From Podarcis cretensis (Eukaryota), in the NCBI GenBank assembly GCA_951804945.1, contig OX638159.1, forward strand, positions 37,820,001-37,884,000: a stretch of DNA of 64,000 nt, given 5' to 3'. Positions 51,446-64,000 of the stretch are shown here, one piece after another. The translations under genes and the position numbers were made by a program. Numbering within the stretch: the stretch's first letter is position 1; every line of letters starts with the position of its first letter. The notes under the pieces are model-generated. The model saw nothing but the letters and a program-made list of their open reading frames with translations, was not told the DNA's origin and searched no databases.

Positions 51446-54400
51446 TGAATACTTTGGCATCAGTGCACAACATTTATGCCTTACTGTGCAGACTCACAAG
51501 GTGCTAGCAGAAGAGAAGCTCAAAGCATGTGTGCCTTGTGAGGATCAGGTGTTTTTTCATGCATATTGAAAAGAGGAACTGCACAGGTAGAAAGAGCAGC
51601 CAAGAATGCTACCACTTCCCATAGTCTGGTACAAACCACAGAATTCCATTCCAAAATAAAAATAAGGCAAAAAGCAGGATGGCTTCTCTGTTGGCCCTTT
51701 TTTTAATCACAGGAGCACATAGCCATAAGGGAACCAGAACAAAACCTGTGTTTTCATTATAGCAAAGGAAATTTCATCAAACTTTTAACATCTCTGCAAA
51801 ACAAGCTACACCTACCAAATCCCCTCTTATGGACATATGCTATACTGGAGCTCTGTCCTCCTTTGCGTGTATTCAACCTGTGGAACTCTTCAGTCCAGAA
51901 GACAGCTTCAACATTTGTAAAAGGGGATTTCCCCACTAGTGTGTGCATGTAAATGAGAGGTAGCAAACATGGTGCCCTCCAGATGTTGATGGACTACAAC
52001 CAGGGTCAGCCAAAGACATTCTGACACCTGAGGTGGACTGCAAAATGTGTCAAGGAAGAAGGGATGAGGAAAGATCTATGTCAGGAACAAGGAGATGGGG
52101 CAGAGTGTTTGTACCGGGAACTGTTATCCTGGTAGATCCTGCCATCTGAGGCAGTTGCCTCACCTTGACTCATGGGTGGGCCGGCCCTGACTACAATGCT
52201 CATCAGCCACAGCCAACATGGTCAGGGGTAATGGGAGCTGTAGTCTAGCAACATCTGGAGAACACTACAGTGGCTATCCCTGATGCATATGTCCATTCTA
52301 CACACAAATGTAGAATTTGTGTAGAACAGTCCATTCTACACACAAATACAAAGATATGGAGTAAATTTGCTTACTCCTCCTCCTGACCCAATCAGCAAGT
52401 AACACAAACATTAGTTGAAAAGTGTCTTGAGAAGTTGCCAACTCCCTGGCAACTTTCCTAAGTAGGTTTAAGAGCTATGACATTAGATCAATGTTGATGC
52501 TTGTAAGAGAACACATTAATGCCAATGTTTTACTTGATATTAGTCCAATTTCCTCCACTGGGGATTAAAATGTATGCTATGTCAAACAGCTCTTCCTAAA
52601 ATTTCTCTGTACAACAATGTTATTTATTCTACCCTTTTCCTTCCCAACACTACTAGCCTGTTAAAAAAGTCTACAAAACAAAAACAGCCACAGTAATAGT
52701 AAGCAATAAAAAGTTACTAATAAGCATCGTCCATCACTACATTTCTTGAAGTGATTAGATTTCATGTTTGTTTATTTGTTTTTAACTCCACATAACAACA
52801 GACCACTGTACAACTTTAATAAAATCCCCAATAAACCAGGTCTACTCCATTCAATGCATGTTGCTTTGGTACACAAAAGCTAAATGCAGAGCCAATGAGC
52901 AGGTGAAGGACTGCATCCCACACTTAAGCCTGCAACTCAATGCTCTTACTCCCAAGTAAGAGTGCACTGCATTGCTTACTTAGTGTGCATTAGACTGCAT
53001 CCTTCAGTCTTAATTTGACAGGACTTATTTTGAGTAAGCAGGCACTGACTCAGAATTCAAAAGAAAAATAAAACTGCAGAAGATGGAACAGATAAAAGTA
53101 TTGCTCGTTTTGCAGTTCTCTGATTTGTCTTGTGTACTACACTGCTTTCCTAAAACCAGGTTTCTAAGCCAACACTCTTCCTGAAATAATTACACATTTT
53201 ATTACGCTTCTATGCAAATAGTTACTGCACTTTCCTTACACTAGTAATAACTATACCACAAAACAGGAGATTGATGGGAAGCAACTAATCCAAATGTTAA
53301 CAATGTAATTCAAGAGGCTCCATACCTTTATGCAAGCAAGTTAAATTAGTGGAACCACCATCTGACCTGTGTTTGTTTTGCACGTCGCCATCATAACAGT
53401 TCCCATAAAAATGCAACAGGAACAAGAGAATCAGTTTGGAGAAGCACAGCTACTTGTAAAAATCCCCCTCCCATTATGATGTATGCAGGCAAGAGAGCCG
53501 AAAAGAATGCAAGAGTTCTCTGGCACACACATAGGGTGATCAGTATTGCAGAAAGCGCTTCACTCCCAACAAGGGGTGCATGTGAGAAAAGCTAACGGCT
53601 CCCTCCCAGCGACCCAACCATTAAGGGTCTCTGGAACGAACAATGCATTCACTCCGGCTTTCATTTTCCACACTGGAAAGCCACAGCAGGCGGCAGAGCA
53701 ATAAAACGACTGGCAGATTTATCTGCCTGCTTGGTCGGCTGCGGAGACAGATGGGAGGGAAAGGGGCTTAGGCGGCAGCAGCAGCAACAAACCCGGAGTG
53801 TTCCAGTGCAGTCAGGGCGCAGTCTCGAGGTTTGCTCCAGGCTCCGCAGCTCAGCTACAAGGCCGTAGATGTAGCATCTGCAAAGTTTTGTGCTCTCTGG
53901 GTTCTTCTCCCCCAGTAGTGATCTGACCAGTTCCAGTGCTAGAGGCTAAAGTGGATTTGGCGCTGTGTGTGTTTAGACGCGCACGTTCCCCTCGTGGTAG
54001 GACAGAAACCCTTTTGATCGCCCGCTGCTAAACCTGTTTGTGGGATCCCAGCTTTTCTCTGCAGCTGTTTCCAGGACGCTCCTCCACAGCAGATCCTCAC
54101 TGCCTTTTTTTCTCCCACACCCACACGGTCAGACACCGAAATAACCCGGAAGGCTGCTGGGATTTGGAACGAAGAAGCTGGAAGTTTGAAGACTGCCAGC
54201 CGAAGCGTACTTACTTTAAAGCAAAACCCACCGAAATCACTGGAATGGGCTCCCCCAGTTTTGTTTCGCTAAAGAGGAGAGGGTCGTTCTCGCCTGAGCC
54301 CCTGGCCAGCAAGGCGCGCGCGAACACGCCAAGGCACACACTTTTCCACACTCAGTTTTCAGGCACGTAGGAAGAGCGGAGCTCCCCCCCCCCCCATGGC

Positions 54401-54607
54401 GAGACACGGTCGTCGTGACCCCCCCCCCCCGGTCACTTTATTTTCCTCACATCCAAAGTTGATAAGCACATGGAGGGAAGTTTGCTCCGCAAAAGCCGCC
54501 ACCATTCCCAGCGCCTCCCTGGCCGGCCAGCCTCTCTCCCTCTCTCTCCCCGCGCAAATCCAATGAATGGAAAGGAAATCCCCTCACGGTCTTCCCCTCG
54601 GACTTAC

Positions 54608-54960
54608 CCGACGTCCAAGGGTGCAACTTCGCCGCAGCCGCCTCGCGGGTTTCCCCCGGCTGGTAAATCCCCGGTGCCCGGCAAGAAGCGGCCGTGAGCG
54701 CGCTCGCGCTTGGCGTCTCCGCCACCTCAGCCTCTCTCCGGCCACCTCAGCGCGGGCGTCCCCCTCCGTCCTCCCTCCCCTCCGCAGGCCTCAGCGCGGC
54801 CAGTCCAGGAGGAGCGGAGGGACCTCGCCTGCTCGGCAGCTTCCCGCGGGAGGGAAGAAGGAGCGGTGTGGAGCGAGGCTGCCTCCTCGCTCGGTCCTGC
54901 CCTGGACCAGCCCACTCGACACGGCCGTCCCCCACCAACGTCTGCCTTCCTCTTCTCTCT
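54608..54960 (-). other. Likely non-coding first exon of an unidentified minus-strand gene
   Basis: Consensus donor CGG|GTAAGT (54607-54602) at the edge of the CpG-densest block. No ATG-initiated ORF runs to the donor. Transcription start approximate. Confidence 0.6.
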
Positions 54961-55484
54961 CCTCCCAAGCCGATGGATTAAAAGGGGGGACGAGGCCGGC
55001 GGCGGAGGAGGAAGGGAGAGTGTTGGAGAGCGATTGGGGCGCCCTGAGGAGAAGCCGCCAGCGATTGCGAGACGAGGACTGTCCCTCACGAAAGGGGAAA
55101 GGAGGGAGGGAAGGGCGGGATGCGGGGCCCAAGGCAACGTACGAGGAGGGGGGTATGGGGTCGAGGGACAAAAAGGAGGAGCACACGGGGAACAAGTGTC
55201 AAGGTAGTTTTCCTCTGTTGGATGGGAATATTATATTCATGTACACACATTCACACACTTTGGCGCACAGCAAGAGAGCCGGCAAGAATTGCGAAGCTCG
55301 AAGAAGACCCGAGGGGACAGCGGTGGGGGCGCCCCATGACTTCTTGTCGTGGGGTCAGGGAGCTAGGTTCCTGAGGTAAAATGTGAGACTTCGTGAGAGG
55401 GGGAAAGTGGGCGCAAGTTTGAAATCTGATGGGTGATACGCGCAGCTTCGCTTCTCCCCGAGACATGGAAGTGTTCCTTTCATC

Positions 55485-55620
55485 CAGTGGCGTAGCGTGG
55501 GGGGTGCAGGGGGGGCCGGCCGCACCAGGCGCAACATCTGGGGTTAGGGCAAATCCACGGGTTAGGGGGCGCAAATTACTTGCCTTGCCCCGGGTGCTGA
55601 CAACCCACGCTACGCCACTG
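55485..55620. mobile_element. hAT-type MITE (136 bp), young
   Basis: Perfect 17-bp TIR CAGTGGCGTAGCGTGGG / CCCACGCTACGCCACTG; perfect 8-bp TSD CTTTCATC at 55477-55484 and 55621-55628. Confidence 0.93.
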
Positions 55621-57021
55621 CTTTCATCTGTTTGTCACGACGTTGTAAAAAAGGAAAACGAGGATGGAAAACCTTTCAAGGGAAAAATATACACATGCCT
55701 GCTGTCTGTACAGATGTTTGTGTGTGGTGTACAGAAAGAGGCAAAAACGATAGGAGTGCGTGAGGTAACGGGGAAGGTATCTTTCTGAGGGAGATTTCGT
55801 CAGGTGGTGTAAAAAGATCAGGGGGCAGGATGAGGGCAGATGTAAGGCATCGAGGTCCCTGCGGGAATATACGTGTGAAATGCCTTCCCACGTGAAAGCG
55901 GAACAGCCCATCCGAGGAGAGACCGCGCCAGGCTCCTGACTCGGAGCGGCGAAGCGCAGGGTTTGGTCAGCAGCGAGGCTGCTGCGAGCCAAGGCAGAGC
56001 GTCCCAAGAGGCGGGGGACGAGGTCAGCGGCTGTGTGTGTTGATAGGAGGGAGGCCCCACGGCTCCCAGCAGCGGGCGGGGCGGAGTGAGCGTGGCAGAC
56101 ACAATAAAGGGTTCATGCATGGAGCAAGGCTGGGGCGGGCGGGAGGAAGAAAGGCCCGCGTGCCGCGGGGGATACGGAACTCCCCGTCTCTGCTGCTCAT
56201 TACGAGGGAGGGACGGAGAGGGGACAGCAAGGCCGACGAAGCAAACGGTCGCGGCGAAGCTGGCCTCGGGGGAAACCCAGCACTGGGCAGGAGAAGAGGC
56301 GAGGGAGTTCCCGCCAAGCCCAGCTACTTTTTGGCGCGCGCGCTCTCTCGCTCGCTCGCTCTCCCTCCCTGCTTGATGTGTGTGAGTGAGTGAGAGAGAG
56401 AGAGAGACTTTAATGGTACTACTAGCTTGGTGCCTCCCTGCCGAAGACGCTGCCAAAAGCACCAAACGGAAACCGAGTGCAGTGCTGAGCAGCAGTCGTG
56501 TCCCTGGGATAGAAAGGGAATTATTGGACACCCTCCTCGCCTGTCTCAGAGGGAAAGAGGGAAAGGAAGACAGCAAACAAAGCAGGAGATTGCGCTTCAA
56601 AGGAAGAGGAAAAAATATAACACAGCACTGTGTTCAGCACTGTGTATACATTGTGCGCTATGATCCTGTTGGTGGTTTGCTGTTGTGCCCTGATAAGTCT
56701 CAGTATTTTATGGATTATTAAGAAAAAGACACCTGTTGAGCAAATAAATTGAAACTTGGCATACCCAATGAGGCCTACAAATGTGGCAGAACTGGTCCTA
56801 TATTTTATTTATGTAAGAATTTACATACTGCTTGATTGTAAAACACACAAACACAAAATTCTAAGCAGTTTACGATTATTCTAAGTGGTTTAAAACAATA
56901 AACATCGCCTGTAACAGTGCCACATAAGAAGTGCTGGAAATGGACACATTTACTTTTTTCAGTTTTGAAAAGGAGTATCATATACCAGTATTTCTTTCCA
57001 ATTTTGGTGGAAAATGATGTA

Positions 57022-57263
57022 CAGTGGTACCTTGGTTTACAGACAGTTCAGGTCACAGACGCTTCAGGTTACAGACTCCACTAACCCAGAAATAGTACCT
57101 CAGGTTCAGATATTTACCTCAGGATGAGAACAGAAATCATGCTGTGGCGGCGCGGCGGCAGTGGGAGGCCCCATTAGCTAAAGTGGTGCTTCAGGTTAAG
57201 AACAGTTTCAGGTTAAGAACGGACCTCCAGAACAAATTAAGTTCTTAACCCGAGGTACCACTG
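57022..57263. mobile_element. Tc1/mariner (Tigger-like) MITE
   Basis: TIR CAGTGGTACCT..G / CGAGGTACCACTG; TA TSD; same family as 40047-40270. Confidence 0.88.
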
Positions 57264-57274
57264 TAGCAGCCATA

Positions 57275-57425
57275 GGATTGGATAGCTCAGTTGGTAGAGC
57301 ATGAGACTTTTAATCTTGGGGTTGTGGGTTCAAGCCCCACATTGGGCAAAAAAGTCCTGCATTGCTGGGGGTTAGACTAAATTTACCCTCATGGTCCCTT
57401 CCAGCTCTACATTCCTATGATTCTA
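57275..57425 (+). mobile_element. tRNA(Lys)-derived SINE with CR1-like tail
   Basis: GGATAGCTCAGTTGGTAGAGCATGAGACTTTTAATCT..GGGTTCAAGCCCCAC head, followed by GGTCCCTTCCAGCTCTAC..TATGATTCTA. Confidence 0.8.
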
Positions 57426-58518
57426 CGGTTGCTCGATCCATGCATTTTATTACGCTGCTTCAAAATAATTGTGCATTGTGTTATTCATCACAACTGGACC
57501 AATAAGAGTTAAAAGAAACCCTTGGAAATGAGGTTAGTGTAAACAACCAGATAATATATCATGCTGAACATTTTACTGCGACTAGCTTCAGTTTTTCTGT
57601 TGTAGACATTGATGCTGCAATGGGATACACCGTAACACTGCCAAATGCTTCCCAGTATTATTAAATTTAACTTCACCACTCATCTACAGAGAATTATTAA
57701 GTTTCAAATAGAAACTAATTATTCTGGTCTGTCTCAGGGCCGATTCTGACATAATGTCTTTCCCCCCACCCACCCTCAACAGCTGAATATAGCAGAATAC
57801 TCTCAGAGGAACAAATGTGAAGGGGGTGAATACTATGTTAGATTGAAAAATCCACATGTATTTTGCTGAAAAAGATCTGCGAGCAGGAAATTAAATTCCT
57901 AACCGCTCTAGCAGTATTATGCAAAATAATAAAACAGCAAGGAGTTTGTAAATACCCCATAGTAATAACTTAAGTGTCCGCAATATATCTGCTGATTTCA
58001 TGCCATAATCCAAACAAGTGTGTTCAACTATTTTGTGCTATTATGTTGTACTTCTCTATAAGAATTAGAACAACTGCGTTCAGACAAATGCATTGGAAGG
58101 GTCAGCACACGACTAGATTGAGGCTTCTCTTTCCTCCTCCCCCTCTTTTCCACTGGCATTTGGTTGTTCTCATACTGTGTAAGGGTTTAGCACCTACGGC
58201 GATAGCATTCGTGTCAGTACCTCCTATGGCACCCTCGTGAAAGAGGTCAGCAAATATTGCCTCAAAAATCTACAGTGCATGAGAAACTACATTTTTTCCA
58301 CTCACTGGCACAGGTGTACCCTCTCTTACGTTGAACAGCTGCTCAAACAGGCCCACATTTAATTGGGAAGCTGGGATTGGAAATGTATTCTCTCTTCCAT
58401 TCTGCACAGAGAACTGCAAAGGCTCTTTTCTGTGGTAGCCAGTGTAGGTGCCTTTTTCTTCATTGCCGAGTGGACTGATGCAGGGGCAAGTCAGTCAGTC
58501 CATTTTGTGATGCTTTAT

Positions 58519-58929
58519 ATTATTATTATTATTATTTATTTTATACCCCGCCCATCTGGCTGGGTTTTCCCAGCCAATCTGGGCGGCTTCCAACCGAATA
58601 TTGAAAACAATACAGTATCAGACATTAAAAACTTCCCTAAACAGGGCCACCTTCAGTTGTCTTTTAAAAGTAAAATAGTTGTTTATTGCCTTGACATCTG
58701 CTGGGAGGGCGTTCCACAGGGCAGGCGCCACTACCGAGAAGGCCCTCTGCCTGGTTCCCTGTAACTTGGCTTCTCACGGTGAGGGAACCACCAGAAGGCC
58801 CTCGGCACTGGACCTCAGTGTTCGACCTGGATGATGGAGGTGGAGACGCTCCTTCAGGTATACAGGACCAAGGGCGTTTAGGGCTTTAAAGGTGAATACC
58901 AACACTTTGAATTGTGCTCAGAAATGTAC
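58519..58929 (-). mobile_element. L2 LINE 3' fragment
   Basis: Same 3'UTR and ORF2 end as the other L2 copies; more diverged. Confidence 0.88.
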
Positions 58930-59524
58930 TTTATCTCTTTCTGCGCATTTAGATGTGGCAGTCAATTCCTGATGTGCAGCCACATAGCAGTTGTTTTGTG
59001 GCTGGTGCCCATGACAATTTCTAAAAGTTTCAAAAATGCCCATTGACCCCAACCTATAAATGCTTCCTGCAAATAACACATTATTTCTGTCCACGGATTG
59101 AACAAATAATAGCAATTTAGTTGATAATTGACACAAATTGTCTTTTGTCTATAGCTACATGTTTCAGGTGCATGGAAGTGACTTCCATGTGCAAAGAAAT
59201 TATCTGTTTTGTATTTGATGTTGATGTTAACCTGCTGGTACCTAGATAAAAATTGTCTACAAAATAATGTTTTTACGTGCATCTTGTTCTAAAATGCACT
59301 TATAGTTAAATAAACTGAGTATAACACATGACAGCCTGCCTAGATAGTTCCCACTTTTTATTTCTATAATAAAAACAAGTCCCTGGATGGGTAATTGGAC
59401 AATGCACCATGACTCTCAGCTAAAGACCTGACACATCATGTACATGTGCATTTCCCCAACATGTATAGAAAAGGACATGCAGTAGCAACATTTTTTGGTT
59501 ATATCTATATTGAACTATTGTTAC

Positions 59525-59790
59525 ATGCTCTAGGTGGGTCTATCTTTAAAGACTGAAAACTACAGCTGCTTCAGAATGCTGCTGCCAGGTTGTTGACAGG
59601 GATCCATTGTTCAAAGCATGTGATTCTGCAGCTATTTAATCTGCAGTGACTCCTGGTATGTTTATGAGTTCAATTCAAAGTGGTTGCTGTCACCATTGTG
59701 GTTTGTTTCCGGGGTATTTGAAGGACTACCTGTTCGCACTTGATTCTGCCTGCCGGTTAAGGTTTGAGGAAGATCTGCTCTGTATTTTCA
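59525..59790 (+). mobile_element. Ancient L2 fragment
   Basis: Decayed KLQLLQNAAARLLTG...LQ*LLV...VQFKV. Confidence 0.6.
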
Positions 59791-60412
59791 CCACTATCTA
59801 AATTGTGATTAGTGAATACACATGTTTTATGTTGTGGCTTTGATGATGTCAGTCACATCCAGATAATTTAGTGAAGATGATTAAAGAACAGAACTTTAAA
59901 GCTTTCCAGAGCCATTTGAGAAATAAGCTTGCATTCAAGAATTAGAAAGAAGAAAGAGATTCAGAAACCAGGAGAGAGAGAGAATTGTATATAGTATGAA
60001 ATTGCCATAAAAATGCAAGGTAGCAATAGGTAATACATCAAATAATGTAAAAGTAAATGTATTTACTTAAGAATTATAAAATACAGAACTATTTAAGGTT
60101 AACCAGTTCACCTTTTTAAAAAGAACGAAAGTACTTTTTCTGAAGAAAAATACAGAATTTCTGAAGTTATTTTGAAGACTCTGAGAACTTATTGTAAAAT
60201 GCTAGAATGCTAGAAACACCACTAGAGGTGTTTTTGGAGTTTATCTGGGGGAGGGAGAAAGAAAGTTGAGTCAAGTTCAAAGAAAAAACTCCAGCTGTAA
60301 TGTCCTGCTACTGTCTATGTTGCACCTTTATGCAATAAATTGTGGCTTAGAATAAGGCTGCATACACACGAGAATTTACTCAATGAAGATTGAGTACATT
60401 TTTTTCTAGGTA

Positions 60413-60783
60413 AAGGTAAAGGTAAAGGTACCCCTGCCCGTACGGGCCAGTCTTGACAGACTCTGGGGTTGTGCGCCCATCTCACTTAAGAGGCCAGGGG
60501 CCAGCGCTGTCCGGAGACACTTCCGGGTCACGTGGCCAGCGTGACATCGCTGCTCTGGCCAGAGCCAGAGCCAGAGCCGCACACGGAAACGCCGTTTACC
60601 TTCCCGCTGGTAAGCGGTCCCTATTTATCTACTTGCACCCGGAGGTGCTTTCGAACTGCTAGGTTGGCAGGCGCTGGGACCGAGCAGCGGGAGCGCACCC
60701 CACCGCAGGGATTCGAACCGCTGACCTTTCGATCGGCAAGCCCTAGGCGCTGAGGCTTTAACCCACAGCGCCACCTGCGTCCC
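60413..60783 (-). mobile_element. Sauria SINE, full length, young
   Basis: (AAAGGT)n tail; head ...CCTGCGTCCC; TSD TTTTTTCTAGGTA at 60400-60412 and 60784-60796. Confidence 0.93.
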
Positions 60784-62513
60784 TTTTTTCTAGGTAGTCC
60801 ATACACAATCTAGATCCATTGTATATTTTTTGCCCCTGAAAAGTGCTTCTTGAGAAACTGGTTTCATTCCAAGAATAAAAGCGCATTGTGGATTGATTCT
60901 GCATTACCTCACAGTGTGTTCATTTGGAAAGAGAGATCTAAGTAGTCCTAGCAGTGTCTCCACATCTGCCCAATGACATTGTGGGTGGGCATATACCAAT
61001 GTAATCGTTCATCCGGGGCATGTGCAGGGAGGAAAAATGTGCAGATAACCTAATTAAGGAGGGTTTTCAAATATGTATCAAGTAACTACACCCATCCTTG
61101 TGGACAGCAGGATCTATAATCCATCTAGATTGAAAGCAGGATGTTGAAGACAAGCACAAGGGATCCTGGAGTGAGAAAAACAACATTTTTGTGCTATTAA
61201 CAGGTTTATGTGTACACAGCCTGAACACTCTAAGGCAGAATCTGTTACTGACTTTGCCAGCCATTTAGGATGCAAAAGGCTGACACTTCCACACAGCTGC
61301 TTTGAGCTGTTTATACACTGTGAAAATGGGCTCTGTAACAACTGCTAGTGTGCAACCTCTGGCCTTCAAACAACAGACTTTTATCCACATAGATGGGCAA
61401 TGATGTAATTTGAGACAATTCACAAAACCCTAAGCTACTCTGTGGGACAATGGGAGCTTTTCATTCCTGTTCTTCATTTAGCGTGTATGAGCCATTCTGG
61501 TCAATTTGCAGTTGTGGACTATGTCAATCTTTATTTCTACCAAGCAGTATTCCAAAGGCTTGTTAAACTGATTTTTACCCCAGACAAGTATAAACTTGTT
61601 TCTTTGGAAATATATCCTATTGATATAAATGGAACACGCTCCCCCTAAACAGTTCATCATAATAGTCATCAACTCAGTCCTAAATATATAAACTGGTCAA
61701 ATCCCACAAGAGATATTTTCATGCAGAATGAAGCCTCTTCATGCACAGCTGATCAGAATGGAGACACATGTCCACATTGCAGTGTTCAGTTGGGGCCCAA
61801 TGAATTGCATGGATGGTGCTTTGAATATGCAGTGAAGATACAGCTATAAAGCAAGAGAAAGGTTTTCCTGACATATAGTTGCATATTTCTGTGTGTGCAA
61901 CTAGACCACCAGCTAAAGTGGACAGTGCTTAGATATTATAAGTGTGTGTGAAGTATGCATCATGTCACCTTTTAACTGCTTTGGCAAATTGCTGCCTGCC
62001 AGGACTGGCCCACACATTAGGCAAGGTGAGGTGAGGCAGCTGCCTCAGGCAGCAGAATCCACAGCAGCAAAAGATCTGGCCTCTAAGGAATGCATTACCT
62101 GCTGGTGGGGGTGCTGCTGCTGCAGAAACGATGACTGTGGCTCGCTCCTGGGAGGCCAGATTTGCCCCACTGCTGCCTCTGCAGCCTAAAACAGACAGTC
62201 CATCTTGTGTTCTGGTTCCTCCTCTCAAGCTTGCAAACCATTTCCCCCCTGTTCACTTACAACAGGCAAACTCCAATCCAAAACTACTAGTCTTCTGTCT
62301 TACTAACTAACACCCCCCCCCCCCATTTGCAGCTGCCACAGTCTTTGCTTTGCTGGTGGCCAATCTCGACGGGTCATGACTTTGTCTATATTTCTTAATG
62401 GCTTATCTCTAAGTGATTCCCTGGTCAGGAAAAAAAGTTTAGCCTGTGTTTCTACACCGCTAAATCAAACACCTGGCACCTTCTCTTAATACTTCAAGTA
62501 TCGGTTAAACCCT

Positions 62514-62887
62514 AAAGGTAAAAAGGTAAAGGTACCCCTGCCCGTACGGGCCAGTCTTGACAGACTCTGGGGTTGTGCGCCCATCTCACTTAAGAGGCCA
62601 GGGGCCAGCGCTGTCCGGAGACACTTCCGGGTCACGTGGCCAGCGTGACATCGCTGCTCTGGCCAGAGCCAGAGCCAGAGCCGCACACGGAAACGCCGTT
62701 TACCTTCCCGCTGGTAAGCGGTCCCTATTTATCTACTTGCACCCGGAGGTGCTTTCGAACTGCTAGGTTGGCAGGCGCTGGGACCGAACAGCGGGAGCGC
62801 ACCCCGCCGCAGGGATTCGAACCGCCGACCTTTCGATCGGCAAGTCCTAGGCGCTGAGGCTTTAACCCACAGCGCCACCTGCGTCCC
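62514..62887 (-). mobile_element. Sauria SINE, full length, young
   Basis: Nearly identical to 60413-60783, including the (AGAGCC)3 expansion. Confidence 0.93.
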
Positions 62888-64000
62888 TAACATTTACTAA
62901 ACCTAGGAAACATGGGTGTCTTGCACCTACAAACTCTGGCACCCAAACCTATAACAATACTTAAGCCTCAGGTGCAAGGGTTGAATATGACTCTGCAGGC
63001 CCCCTATCTGACCCTTGGAACTCTTTCCCAGCCATACATATCATACCCTAAGTGTTTTTGTCTGGCTGGAACGTGTCCTTGAACTCTGAGCATGATTCTT
63101 GCTTGCCAGCCCCTTCTGCCCCTTGCCAGAGGACAGAAGAGTGTGTGCAGAAATTAGCCTACAGTACAGATGTAAAATTAACACTTGTTGCTTTTACCAT
63201 CGGCATGTGGCTGTCAGTTGCTCAGAAGGGAATGTGACATTGGGACTGAAAGACATTCCCCACCTCTGACCTAAGTAGTCATTAAAGGCCTCCAAATTCA
63301 AAGTTCTATTAACAGTGTAAAACGGACCCTTTGTTTCCTGCAGTACCCTGTGGGCTTCTGAATGACCACCTTGTGATTATGAATCAGTTGAGCAGTTTTG
63401 GAGTCTTTCACCAGAAAGAGACAGGTGGCACATGCTTATTTTAATGAATGGTACCAAAAAACTTCCTCTAATGTTTACTATCTGTATCTAAACTTTTGTG
63501 CAGAATTAATAATTCAAAGTTGTTTTTCTCCCACGCACATTTGAGCATCGTCTCCATTGTCATTACAACATCCTCAAGCAATGAAGCAATGAAGATCTCA
63601 GCAATGCTGAATTATGCATGACTGATTGATCCGCAGGCTGCAGTAAGCAGCTGTAACGCAAATAATGTCTGGTGTCAAAACAGTTAAAGTGATGCTATTG
63701 ATCTGAGTGCGATACTGGACATTCCTGCAGTTCTGATAGATTCCTCCAATGGGTTGCCACTTGCTTAGGGGGAAGTGGAGGCTAGATATGGACATAGTGC
63801 ATTGATCAGAAAACATTTGTAACACATTGATTAAGAAAGAACACTATAGGAAATAAATGGTGCTTGGGGAAAATTAGTTTGTGCACTGCAGCTTCATAGG
63901 AATTCCGGGGAGGATGTTTGGATGCAGAGGTAACTCTGGCCCCATGGCTTAATTGGGGCTGTAACTGTTCTTTTGCATACAGAGAAACTGAATATTTAGG

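Larger units (their letters stand above)
53690..56560. promoter_or_regulatory. CpG island / promoter region
   Basis: Abrupt rise in GC and CpG content in mostly unique sequence; GC boxes (GGGCGGGGCGGAG at about 56074); minus-strand CCAAT at 55037-55033. Confidence 0.85.

Noticed and set aside
54038-56721. Many overlapping long ORFs in the CpG island
   Set aside because: Low-complexity R/G/P/A translations on both strands, as expected in GC-rich DNA. No recognisable domain.
57275-57348. Functional tRNA-Lys gene
   Set aside because: The acceptor stem pairs poorly and the sequence continues into a CR1-like SINE tail. A related copy lies at 3708-3840.

Overview
Eukaryotic, repeat-rich, mostly intronic or intergenic DNA from a squamate reptile, most likely a lacertid lizard (several young Sauria SINEs with (ACCTTT)n tails, plus L2, Rex1/Babar and Bov-B LINEs). 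A CpG island at about 53.7-56.6 kb contains a likely non-coding first exon on the minus strand (donor CGG|GTAAGT at 54608/54607). The left 54 kb is therefore probably the long 5' introns of an unidentified minus-strand host gene, with candidate small exons near 44.9 kb and 10.7 kb. The main finding is a chimeric retro-insertion at 28.7-32.1 kb. An intronless, uninterrupted copy of PMS2 exons 2-11 is fused, in the same orientation and inside an exon, to the 3' 1.47 kb of a young L2 LINE that ends in its own AAT-repeat tail. The PMS2 part starts exactly at the conserved intron-1 position, behind a pyrimidine tract and AG, so it appears to carry its own splice acceptor in the host-gene orientation. 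About 2.5 kb away, a decayed retrocopy of the oocyte linker histone H1.8 (H1FOO), with a 16-bp TSD, sits inside a Rex1/Babar LINE. The rest is SINEs, LINE fragments, solo LTRs, MITEs and microsatellites. All identifications come from reading the sequence and from recalled family motifs; no searches were run.
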